Origin: a virus
IMG/VR virus record: IMGVR_UViG_3300044617_002446
Coordinates: 17,324-81,323 of that record
Direction: 5' to 3' (one strand)
DNA: 64,000 nt
Shown: positions 39,573-50,600 of the stretch, piece after piece
Position numbering within the stretch: the first letter of the stretch is position 1
How the letters are laid out: the number at the start of each line of letters is the position of its first letter
Made by a program: the position numbers and the translations under genes
Notes under the pieces: generated by a model
The model's database searches: none
Told to the model about the DNA's origin: nothing
Seen by the model: the letters and a program-made list of their open reading frames with translations, nothing else

Positions 39573-41411
39573 TTAATTTTCAAAAAAAGAACCATTATTG
39601 TTATATAATACACTTTTCTGCGATGAAAAACTTCCGTTTTTAACAAAAAGATCATTACTTGACGATTCAAAATAATCTATATTTTTATCAAGTTTAACTC
39701 CGTTTAAAAAACACGACAAAGAACTTTCTTTATACTTTCCGCCAAGCAAATCTATATTAAAAAATCCAGAATAAGAATTAAATTCTTTTCTTTTTGTTTT
39801 TATATTTTTAACAATAGATAAAGTACCAGAAACGCCTTCAAATAAAGAAATATAATTATTAAAAAATAAATTGTTATTAATTACATATATATAATTTTCA
39901 TTAATTAAATTAAAAATACCAGTATTTAATTTCTGCCCATTAAAAAATACCAAATTATTTGTACCAGAACAAATAAACCTATTACCTGTTCCAGATACGT
40001 GGCTGAAATTATCAATAATTTCGATTTCAGAAAAGTCTAAATATTCAACGTATGCCTCATCACCAAGGGAGTATCCGCCAGTAGAATAAATAAATTTTCC
40101 CGACGTAAAATAGTCGCGCTCAAGAACAATCTTTTGATCATAAAAATCTCCAGAATAATATCCAGATCCACTGTTTTGCATTATACCATTTAAATAAAAA
40201 ACGAAATTTGAATTTGTATTATTTAGAAAAAACCCTAAATTTATTCTATCCAAAGATGGATAATAACTTTGTGAATTTGCAAAAGTATTTAAAAATTCAC
40301 CAGTATTGCTTTCATATGTCCAAGAAAAAACATTTCCTGTATCTAAATTATATACGCTTACGCCTTTAGACATTCCAAAAGAACTATAATAAGATTCGTC
40401 AAAAACTAATTCTGTAGAAAGACCCGTAAATATAGGATAAACTACTTCACCACTTATCGGAACCTGAATAATGCCGCTTTCTATATAATAAATCGGTTCC
40501 TCTGTATATCCTGTATATTTATTGCCAAATTCATCCTCAACCAATCCAGTTGGATTTATTGTGTATCCAGTAATGCCGCTTGATATACCAGTATATATTG
40601 AATTGTATCCTGTTATTTCATAGCCTGTTACATACCCAGAAATAAAACCCGATGTCACCGGTTCATAAATAAAACCACTTGCTAAAAGCGAAGAATTAAA
40701 TTGGTCAACCGGTTCAGAAAAAAACAAAAACTCATCTAAGTAGCCACTAAAATTTTTATTATAAAAATTATTTGAATTACCAGTAATACCACCAATGTTC
40801 CAACTTTTGGATCCGGTTAAAATAGGCGCCTCAAGAAAAAAATCTTTGGAAACAACACCCTGAGAAAAAAAGTTTTGTTTTCCAAGTGATAAATTTCCAT
40901 TTGAATATGAAACAAATAAACAATTATTTTCCCCGAGAGGTTCATCTAAAACGTAAGAATACAAATTATTATCACTTCTATTTTCAAAATACAATCTATT
41001 TGCATCATTTATTCCGAATGAAAAACCTTTATATATTGTTGCATTTTTATAAAAATCTTTTTCAATATTGGAAAATATAACACCTTTTCCACTAGCGACA
41101 AAAGAAAAACCAAATCCATTAAACTCATAATCAAATCCAGAACCAAAATTATTAACCTGCAATATTCTAGATCCTGTAAAAAAACCGTATCCAGATTTAT
41201 GAAAAAATCCAGATCCACCAGGGGGAACAAAAGAAAAAGAAGAACCCGAAATAACTTTTAAATAAAAATCTTCATATTCAGAATACGGCGAGGAATTTGG
41301 CACATTCAATCCGGCATCCAGTCCATTAAATCTATAATGCAAAATATAATTCCCTGTATTTAGAGAACTAAAATTTTCTAAAAAATATAATGTTCCTGTT
41401 TTTGCAGACAT
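39573..41411 (-). CDS. Virion protein with LamG/ConA-like domain
   Basis: LHYRF..., FSFGINDANRLYF, WNIGG...FSGYLDEFLFF; repeated FYLNG/FFNGQKL/FLNGVKL. Confidence 0.65.
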   Translation of the reverse strand: MSAKTGTLYFLENFSSLNTGNYILHYRFNGLDAGLNVPNSSPYSEYEDFYLKVISGSSFSFVPPGGSGFFHKSGYGFFTGSRILQVNNFGSGFDYEFNGFGFSFVASGKGVIFSNIEKDFYKNATIYKGFSFGINDANRLYFENRSDNNLYSYVLDEPLGENNCLFVSYSNGNLSLGKQNFFSQGVVSKDFFLEAPILTGSKSWNIGGITGNSNNFYNKNFSGYLDEFLFFSEPVDQFNSSLLASGFIYEPVTSGFISGYVTGYEITGYNSIYTGISSGITGYTINPTGLVEDEFGNKYTGYTEEPIYYIESGIIQVPISGEVVYPIFTGLSTELVFDESYYSSFGMSKGVSVYNLDTGNVFSWTYESNTGEFLNTFANSQSYYPSLDRINLGFFLNNTNSNFVFYLNGIMQNSGSGYYSGDFYDQKIVLERDYFTSGKFIYSTGGYSLGDEAYVEYLDFSEIEIIDNFSHVSGTGNRFICSGTNNLVFFNGQKLNTGIFNLINENYIYVINNNLFFNNYISLFEGVSGTLSIVKNIKTKRKEFNSYSGFFNIDLLGGKYKESSLSCFLNGVKLDKNIDYFESSSNDLFVKNGSFSSQKSVLYNNNGSFFEN

Positions 41412-41414
41412 AGT

Positions 41415-43040
41415 TTATTCTATTAATAAAAATCCTGTACCAGCTTCATATGACACAGTTATATTAAAATTATACACCTGAGGACCTGAAGCAAGGTCTT
41501 TAGATATTTCCACAGCCTCTATAAAATAACCACTGCCTACATATCTGGAAATCAAAGAAAAGGCAAATGATTTTATATTAGAATAAACCTCCGCAACAGA
41601 ACAAGTATCCAGTAATTGTGCTGAGCCCTGAATTGAACACGACGGTCTTGTTGTTGATTCGATATCAATAACCTTTGCGCCATTATTAACAGTTTGCACC
41701 GGTAAAATTATTTTTCTTGATGCGTCTATATTTATATCGAAATTTAAATTTCTAAATTGATTATACCAAATATTAGCTGGATTCGCCTCTGCATAAGCGG
41801 CACTCACTGTAATTGTGCCATTTCTTTCATCAAACTCAACAGAATAAGACCTTGCATAAGGCTCTATTCTTACAGACGAATCTTCTTCACTTAAAAATTT
41901 TTGACATAGTGCGGCTACATTTAAATTAGAGTAAAAACTCTTTAATTCTGACCATTTTGTTTTTTGTGATTTTTTACCTTTTATAGTACCTGTAAAACTT
42001 ATTTCATGCAGCTCAGATAAGTCATCATACGATATTGAATACTCGGACTCTAAATAAACGGTCCCGGCTCCTATATCAGAATTAAAAGAACAAGAAAATG
42101 AGGCAGATCTTTCAATTTCATTTTCATTTACCTTAAAATTTAAAATATTTGGATTTAAATCAATACTATATTTCTTTTTAAATATAGTATTTGCTATACT
42201 ATAAAAATCGATTCTTTTAATTGCATTTCTTATTTCGTTAAAATCAGTATTACCCAAATTACCAGCGGCAAATCCGCCGTTAATACTTCCATCCATCGAA
42301 ACATTATAAATTCCAGACTCTTCGTCATATGAAATTTCAACAGATGAATTAAAAATCATGTTACTATTAACTCTCCTTGCGTCACAAATATATCTTCTTG
42401 TTATCGAATAAGAAGCCTCCATTCTATTTATTTCTTCATTTTCAGAAACCAGAACCGGAGAAGTTATCGTTCCGTTTTTTAATATTCTTGCAGAAATTGG
42501 AACAGCTGACCCAATCGTTATGTTGCTGTTTACATAATTTATCGCATTATCAAGGGCGCTATTATTTGTTTTAAATCCTTTTGCAGAAACTGTATGTTCT
42601 ATAGTTATTTCGCCGTTTTCTCCTTCAGAATAAGATATTTCATTTGACGGTTCTATCACGCCAAAGTCAGAGATATTAAAATAATCTTCTTCGTAGCATT
42701 CAATGCTTATAGAATAAGGTTTAATTGAAAAAGTTTTATCCTCATCACAATTAAAAGATGTTATTTTAGAATAAGGTTTTTTAACAACCTCGACGCCTTC
42801 AGAGACAATTTTAAACTCTTTGAAATCAGAAGATAACCTATTAAAAAGAGTTGTTGTTTTATTTATTATATCAGAATAACTGGTGTTGCATGAACCTGTT
42901 ATAACTCCTTCCAGAGTAAAAATATCTTTAGCGCCAAATTTTTTACCATACCTTATTGGCTCAACACTTCTTGAAACATATGGCGTTGGACCTACATCTG
43001 AAAATAAATTTGCACCGTTGTAAAATATAGAAACGCTCAT
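41415..43040 (-). CDS. Tail tip protein (distal-tail-like, internally repeated)
   Basis: 541 aa after the TMP; repeated (S/Y)x(D/E)xxGxxx(I/V)xxxGxIxG units. Confidence 0.5.
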   Translation of the reverse strand: MSVSIFYNGANLFSDVGPTPYVSRSVEPIRYGKKFGAKDIFTLEGVITGSCNTSYSDIINKTTTLFNRLSSDFKEFKIVSEGVEVVKKPYSKITSFNCDEDKTFSIKPYSISIECYEEDYFNISDFGVIEPSNEISYSEGENGEITIEHTVSAKGFKTNNSALDNAINYVNSNITIGSAVPISARILKNGTITSPVLVSENEEINRMEASYSITRRYICDARRVNSNMIFNSSVEISYDEESGIYNVSMDGSINGGFAAGNLGNTDFNEIRNAIKRIDFYSIANTIFKKKYSIDLNPNILNFKVNENEIERSASFSCSFNSDIGAGTVYLESEYSISYDDLSELHEISFTGTIKGKKSQKTKWSELKSFYSNLNVAALCQKFLSEEDSSVRIEPYARSYSVEFDERNGTITVSAAYAEANPANIWYNQFRNLNFDINIDASRKIILPVQTVNNGAKVIDIESTTRPSCSIQGSAQLLDTCSVAEVYSNIKSFAFSLISRYVGSGYFIEAVEISKDLASGPQVYNFNITVSYEAGTGFLLIE

Positions 43041-43041
43041 T

Positions 43042-44682
43042 TTATGTTGGTTTAAATGTTTGCAAATCCAAAGATGCCGTTTTATTTAATGGATTATATG
43101 AATACGAAGCACTTTCAATATACATATCAGATCCCCTGCATATTGCAGCTTCAGTTTTCAATTTATCTAAAATAAAATTTAAACTATTATTAGTTTTTGT
43201 TGAAACAGCTGAAACAGAAATGCTTTTTTTCTCATGAATATTATTTGAGGTTGACGGCTGCTTAATTTCTTTAAATCTTGGAACTACTATATTTGAAGAA
43301 AGTTTAATTTGTTCACCAGCTTGATTTGCGCAAGAAGAATCCAAGGTTTTTAAATTATTTAATTTGCCTCTAGATCTTGAAAGATCATCCGTATAAGATA
43401 TGTCATAATTAACCGCGCCCATTCGATCAGATTTTGTAACAGACCAATTTTGCAGGTTCAGCGAAAAGCTAGTACACGGCGCTATTCTTTTTGAATAAAA
43501 ACTATTTATTCTGCTTGGAACACTCACGCCAGGCTTTATATTAGTTTTCCAAAAAGTATTAGCTTTATTTTGTTTTTCTAAATCTTTTAATATATCGTCA
43601 CCAATTATTGTTCCAGATTCTTTTACTGTGGTTATATTTTGTTCATCGGTCTCTAATTCCAATTTATATTCCCAAAATACCGGACCAGAAGCAGAACCAT
43701 CTGAATAATTTTTTGTATAAAATAAATCATTTGAAAAAGTAACTGTATATGAAACAAAGCCAGACTTTTCTGTTATAGTCGTTCCTTTTTCTATCGGTTT
43801 ATCATATAGTGCAGCAGATGTATCTAAATTTACATTGGTTGATTTATATGTATTATAAATAGATTGGCATCTTGTAAATGCATTTGCCATATCCGACTTT
43901 GCATCGGCAATCATTTGGTCGGTTTTATCCCATTTGGCAGTATATTCAGCGGTTTCAGTTATTTTTATAACACCATCTTCAGCAACGTCAAATGTACTTG
44001 TTCTGGATTTTAAATATGTATCAAGGTCATCATTTAAAACATATCTCTTTTCAAAAGAACAACTATTGGTAATTTTATTATAAGTTTCACTAAAATAAGT
44101 ATTTAATGTTACTTTCGAATTACCCCAAAGCAAAGCTGGAAAATCTTCTGACGCAAACAGTTTTACTGCAATAGCCTTTGCCAAATCTATTCCTGAAGAC
44201 GGGGCGTCTATTGCCGTTATATTTATTGAATGAGTATAAGAATCTGTTTTTTGGTCAGAATCTTTTCTAAAAGTTTCGCTAATAGAATCTAAAAATTTTA
44301 AATCAGAAGCAGTCAATCCGCTTATAGATGGATTTAAATAAGACAAGTCGCCGTCTTCATATATTGTAAACGATGCGGAATATTCTTTTATTCTTACGTC
44401 GCTTCCTGAAGAAAAAGAAACCGATGACATAAAGCCTTGCCCAAAACTTACGCCATTTATAATTATTTCGTCCCAGTTATTTAAAAAACTAATTATTGTA
44501 TTTTCAACCTCTGATGTTATTCCACCCACACCAAAAGAATTAGCTAAATCCAAAAGATTTCCGCTTATAGAAACTTCTTTTGTAATTCTATATCGAAATC
44601 CTTCGCCAAGAAATTGAAACTGCCTGTTAAGACCAAGTGCAGCCGGTTGATTTTTCGTTGTGCCGTTGATTGTTATAGCCAT
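43042..44682 (-). CDS. Tail tip protein (distal-tail-like), likely paralog of 41415-43040
   Basis: Immediately downstream of the TMP; similar size and repeat units; ATG at 44682. Confidence 0.5.
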   Translation of the reverse strand: MAITINGTTKNQPAALGLNRQFQFLGEGFRYRITKEVSISGNLLDLANSFGVGGITSEVENTIISFLNNWDEIIINGVSFGQGFMSSVSFSSGSDVRIKEYSASFTIYEDGDLSYLNPSISGLTASDLKFLDSISETFRKDSDQKTDSYTHSINITAIDAPSSGIDLAKAIAVKLFASEDFPALLWGNSKVTLNTYFSETYNKITNSCSFEKRYVLNDDLDTYLKSRTSTFDVAEDGVIKITETAEYTAKWDKTDQMIADAKSDMANAFTRCQSIYNTYKSTNVNLDTSAALYDKPIEKGTTITEKSGFVSYTVTFSNDLFYTKNYSDGSASGPVFWEYKLELETDEQNITTVKESGTIIGDDILKDLEKQNKANTFWKTNIKPGVSVPSRINSFYSKRIAPCTSFSLNLQNWSVTKSDRMGAVNYDISYTDDLSRSRGKLNNLKTLDSSCANQAGEQIKLSSNIVVPRFKEIKQPSTSNNIHEKKSISVSAVSTKTNNSLNFILDKLKTEAAICRGSDMYIESASYSYNPLNKTASLDLQTFKPT

Positions 44683-44691
44683 ATAATACAA

Positions 44692-47600
44692 TTAAGCTTT
44701 TTTCTGCAAACTGCCAAGTTGGTCTGGAGTCATAGAAGATAAGGTTTTATTTGTTGACATAGGTGGTTTGGCTTTTATCGCCCCACCTTTTTCAAGCTCA
44801 CTTCTTAATTCATTTATTTTTTGATTGGCTCTGTCAACACCAGCCTTGATTTCATCAACATATATAGCTTCAACTTTAGTAGCCATTCCATTTTGAACAT
44901 CTTGCGGCGTACTTGTTGGTATCGTTACCGAAACAGGAACACTTATATTATACGTTGCCCCTGCACCAGCTGCCGCAGCTGACATTGACGGCATAGTCGA
45001 TAACGCCTGTTCCGTTGGCGACGGCTGTCTAGGCATAGCGTTTTGTGTAACAGGAGCTTGTGAATTAGGTTGAACAATACCAGAAAAAGCTGTTTTATTT
45101 GTAGCTGTGACCAGATTTGGATTCATGAAATTTGTTGAACCAGGTGTAAAATATCCTTCTTTACCCAAGGCTGCGTTTCTTCCAACAATTGATTGAATTG
45201 ATTCTGGCGTGGCATTTGCTCCAAGTTGAGACCTAATATCTGTTACGTTTGCTTCTGCTCGACCAAATTTTTCTTTATTTTTATTTATCTGTACCTCGGC
45301 GGATCGCTGTTCACCCACGGCCGTTTTATAAGCTTGGTCAGCAGCAACAAAATCTTTAAAAAGCTCCGCTTGCTTTATAAATTCTTTATCTTGTTTAGCT
45401 GTTGAAGCCCCCGTGGAAACATTTGTTCTGGCTTGTTGGATTGCTTCGTCCGAAAAGGCTTTAGAATACATTTCAATAAATGACGCATTATTTTCAGATC
45501 CCAAATCTGCCTTTTGTAAGGCATTATCGCCAGCAAATTTAGAAATAGCCAAATCTCTTAATTTTTTCGACTCTTCAGTTTTACCTTTCTTGGTATCTAA
45601 TTCGGTCTGTGCAAAAGAAAGCTCTTCTTTCGCATCAGATAAAGCATTTTCCATTGAAATTTTCATTTCAGCAGCTCTACCCTTATTAATTGCCGCTTCA
45701 AGCTGTGACCCAATTTTTGAAATATCGAATGATTCTCTTATAGCATCTTCAACTTCATTTAATTTACCAACAACCTCTTTTGTTTGATTATTTATTGTTA
45801 AAACTTGAAGTTTTGTATCACCGGTTACGCCCATATAAGCATCTTTTAACTCTTTAGGAAGACCTTCAAAAGCAGTTTTTGTATAATCACTTGTTACAGC
45901 ATCAACATATTGACCAGAATCTATTGCTCCAAATTTTTGCAATAATTGAAGATTTGCTGCTGTCATCGTACCTGTGTCGCCACCAGCTTGAAGACTTTGT
46001 ATTTGTTCTCTTAATCTATCAAATATTTCCGGACCAAGTGCGCCACCGGCTTGCGCTTCAAATTCATCAACTGATTTTGATAAAAATGAGCTATATCCTT
46101 GAGCTATAGCTTTAAAATTCGTATCACCCATCGACATAATAGGTACGCCTGCAAATCGCGTCAGTTTAGATATACTATCTGTTAATGAACCTAATTTATC
46201 AAACGCTGGAGCCTCGCCGGTTGCTTTATCAACGATTTTTCCAAACTCATTTGTAGTTAAATTTCCAACATTATATCCACCGCCAACAGTTGCAGCCAAA
46301 GAATCTTTGATTTGATTAACCAAAGAATCTTCTTCATTAAGAAGCCCCTTGGTTATTTCTTCAGGTCCACCACCTAAACTTTGTGCCTCAACTATTTTTT
46401 GACGAGCTTTTTCAAACGCAAGCTGCTGAGCTAAAAGAGCCTTTTGTTGTTGTTCATTTCTATTTGAAGTTTTTACGCCCCTATCAATATCATCAAGTTC
46501 TTTAGTAATTTTATTTTGTAAATCCTGTATAGCTGACTCTGTAAATTTGCCACTCGCTTTTAGTTCGCTTATAAATTTTGCGGCATCGGCTCTAGCGCCA
46601 CCAACATCACCTTTTAATAATTTTTCATTAATACCACTGCCCAAAAGGGAAGCGCGCAGCTGTTCTTTTTCTCTTTCAAAATCTGTAACTTTAGTTATTT
46701 TTTCTGCCTCATTGAGACCTGTTAATTGATCTTCTTTTAGTGAAAGACCAGCTATAGAACTGCCTATACTGTCTATAATACCAGTTGTACCTTTTGTTAA
46801 AATATCAGTTCTTTCCTCTTCTCCATTTCTCTGAATTTCAAAAATTCTGTTATTGACGTCCTGATTTCTTTCAGCATTAGGAAGATTTGTCAAACCGTAT
46901 ATATCTTTGGCAAAATCGCCCCTATTTGCTTTTAATTGGTTTTGAAATTTTACACCACTTACAGCATCGTCAATTGACGAAGAAAAATCTTTAAATACTT
47001 TGTCAACTTGAGCTTGAAGAACAGATAAACTAGCCGCAGACTTGTCCGCGCGCTCACGCTCTTTTGCCCTTTTCGCCTCTTCTCTCTTTCTATTTTCTTC
47101 TATAGCCTGTCTTGCTTTATCTAAATTTTCTTGAGCAGAAATAAATTGATCGTTCGCGCTTTGATATTTTTCTATCCATGCCAAAAGTTGATCTGGTCTA
47201 TTTATAGTATTTTTAAGTTCTTCTAAAATTTGCGTTTCATTTCCATCTAAGATGCCGCCACTTTCAGAAAAAGCGCTTTTGAGTGCCGAAATTAAAGTCG
47301 CTTTTTCTGCTTCAAATCCTCCTTGTATATCACCATTTTTAATTTGAGCCGCAGCCAGATCTAATTTTTCTCCAAAATTAAGAGCCGCAATTGAAGCCTC
47401 ATTAAAAGGAGTCGAAGCATCGTCTAGAACCTTTGTAAATGCATATGTTTGATTTACTATAGAGGACATATCACCAGAAGAAACTAAATCTCCAAAAGCG
47501 GCTTCATTTAAATTTCTTTTTAAACGATCACTTGATTCATTTAGAGTATTTTGTCCTGCTAATTGACCCAACGCAGCCCCTGGCGTTATTACAAGTTCAC

Positions 47601-50600
47601 CAAGCGCCAAAAATCCTCTACCTATTTTTTCTAATTCTCCTGTTTTTCCTTTTTCAAAAACGCTTCTTGTTTGAGCCGCAGTTTCCGCGCCAGCTTTTTC
47701 CAAAGTCAGTTGCTCTAATATCTGCGAATAAGTCTCTTGTGCCTTCCCTAATCTTTCGGCTTGCACAAGTTGCTCTTGATATTTAGTTGGAAGAGATGCT
47801 AATACATTAACATAATTTTTTTCAGCCGCCACAACTTGTTCAGCAGACGAATTTGGGTCAGATGATATGGTTTTAAGCTGCTCAGATGCAGTCAAAAACT
47901 GTTGACCAGATTCACTAAATTTTGTAAAACTTTCAGTTGCAGCTGTTACAGCTTTTTCAAATTCTGGCATTTTTGATGTAAGGGCTTTTTCAATTTTTGG
48001 AATTTCCAGTGCCAACCCAACAGCGGCTCCTGCTAAAGCGCCCCAAGGTCCAGCCATCGCACCCATTCCAGCCATTCCAGCAATATTTCCAACAGCCTCA
48101 ATGCCAGCCCTGGTTCCTCTGTTTTCTTCTGGTACAAAAGAAGCAATTTGAGGAGCCGCAATTTGTAAAGCAGATCCAACTGGAAAAGCTAAACTTGTAT
48201 ATCTAGAAATTTTTTGTTGTTTTATTTCTTTTTGCCTAGCCGCTGTCTCTGCTTTATTCGCAGCCAAGCCTTCTTTTTGAGCTTTAATTATATCGTTTAA
48301 ATTTTTTGAAGAAGCAAGCCTAGCTTTAGTTTCTTTTTCTTGAGCCGAAACAAGCCTTATTTGTTGCTTGTCAAGCAAATCCTGAGCTAAAACCACATCA
48401 TAACGATTGCCAGTAGATCGTGCGTCTAATAAATTTTTCTCAGCAGCGGCAACACCCGCCTCTGCTTTTTTTACGTTTTTGCTTCCAAATGTTTGATTTT
48501 TTATCGATTCTAAATTTTTGTCTCTCTTTTTTTCTAATACCCCTATATTTTTTTCCTGCTTTTCAACGCTAGAGGAAAAATCCGTCAAAGACTCTTCACT
48601 TTCTTTAATTGATTTTCCGGCATCCTTAAATTGCTGATTGATAAAAACCAAGCTAAATGCAAGCCCCTGCAAACCAGCCAAAACTGCCGCGATGGTATTT
48701 TCGCTACCACTCGAAGAACTTTCTGCAAAGTTAGGAATAAAACCACCAGACAATAAACCTGCACTTTTCTGACCAGTTACAGAGTCTTTCAATGCTTTGT
48801 TTAAACCTCCGTGATCTGCCATTGCCGATCCAAATGTAGGCTGGCTTTTATTTCTAACGTGTGGAAATGGTTTGCTATGATAAGTTGCTTTTTCTCCAGA
48901 CATGGCTGACTCAAGAGCCATCACTTGTGAAAGATCTGCAAAATTAGGAATAAAGCCGGAACCTAGTCTCTTATTCACAAGTCTAGCATTTAAATAACCT
49001 TTTTTACCTAAAAGACTTAAATCATCATCTATAATTTTCGCACCACGTTTATTTGCTTCTATTATTTTATCTTTTGGTCTTACTCCAAAATTAATTTTAT
49101 TAACAGGAAGACCAAGCCTAGAAGCTGTTTGTGATATTGCGTTTTCAAAAATTTGAGGACGAGCTGTTAATATATCAAATTTTTTCTTTCCGGCTTTTAA
49201 TTTTTTACCAATCGGAAGAAGATCTTTTTCTTTCAAAGAATTTAATTTATTTATATATTCGTCTGGCTTTCCTGAGAATCTTGGTATTATTGTTCCATCC
49301 CAGTCGTAAACGTTTCTTCTTAATTGATCCGCAAAGTTTGGTAAAAACCTTGATGACGCGCCGCTCATCGCAGAAGAAAAACGGTTTTCTACTAAAGCTC
49401 TAAATTTAGAACCCTCTTTTGATCTTCTAGATATATTCGATAATCTTTTTCTGTCTATAATTCCAGCGTTTTCAAGATTTCTTACAAAAGTTTTTTCATC
49501 AGCCGAAAGAAGATCTAAATTACCCTTATTCCTAAATACTTTTTCTTGTATTCTTGTTATAATTTCATCAACAGCTTTTCCGCCCGAATAAGTAGAGCTT
49601 GGATTTCTTCCTTCAAAATCCAATTGAACAGGATTCAAACCAAGACCGGAATAAAGGTTTTTTTCATTTACTCCCTTAAATAGAAAAGAAGAAATAATAC
49701 TTTTAACTCCAGCGTATTTTTTGGGATCTGATATAAATTTTCCTATTGAAGGATTTGATACAGATTTTCTAAATGTAGATCTTGAATAAACATTATGAAA
49801 TAACTCATGAGCCAATGTGTTTTCGGTCGCGCCAGTTCCAAGCTCTATGTTCGATTTAGAGCCATTTCCATAATTAGTTCTTCCCCTTACTCCAATTGGC
49901 AAATTGCTCTTTTTTATATCTAAAAAGTTAGGAATAAAACCGGCAGAACTCTGTGTTTTTAATTGAACACCTAAGCCCCTGTAAACACCCGCCTGAACAT
50001 CTCCAAAGTAATCAGTAAACTTATCAGGATCGTTTTTTAATATTTTAATTTGAGCGTCAATAAAAGATTTAAATTGTGCAGTAGTCATCTGCTCTTCGTC
50101 CATGCCCTTATGACCCCATACTTCAAAAATAGCTTTTTTAGCCATTTGCGCGCGCCTCATTTGAGGATAAAGGGTTTCTGCGGAAACAGGTTGGCCGGCT
50201 TTGAGTTTTTCCAAAAATCTACTTGTTTGTGGAAGAATCTGACCGCTCATCATTTTGCCGCGATTGATTTCCATGGCTTTTCTATATAATTCTCCAGCTA
50301 TACCTTGACCGCGATATTCTCTAGCAACACTAATATCATCAACGCTTACTTTGCCGGGTTTATCTTCGCTGTACTCAAAAGATCCAACTTTTTTACCATC
50401 CATCTTAGCAACAAGAGTAGAAAAACCAAATTCATCTTTTTTCCCTTGAGAAAATGTTAATCCTTTAGTTGCGAAATTAGGTAAAAATCCACCTGATAAT
50501 ATTTTTCTTGTTTGATATTCGCCAGCTTTTTTAAATATTCTTGAAACAGAAGCGCCTGGGTATTCTGAAGAAAAACCTCGAACACCTTTTGTAAATGAAG

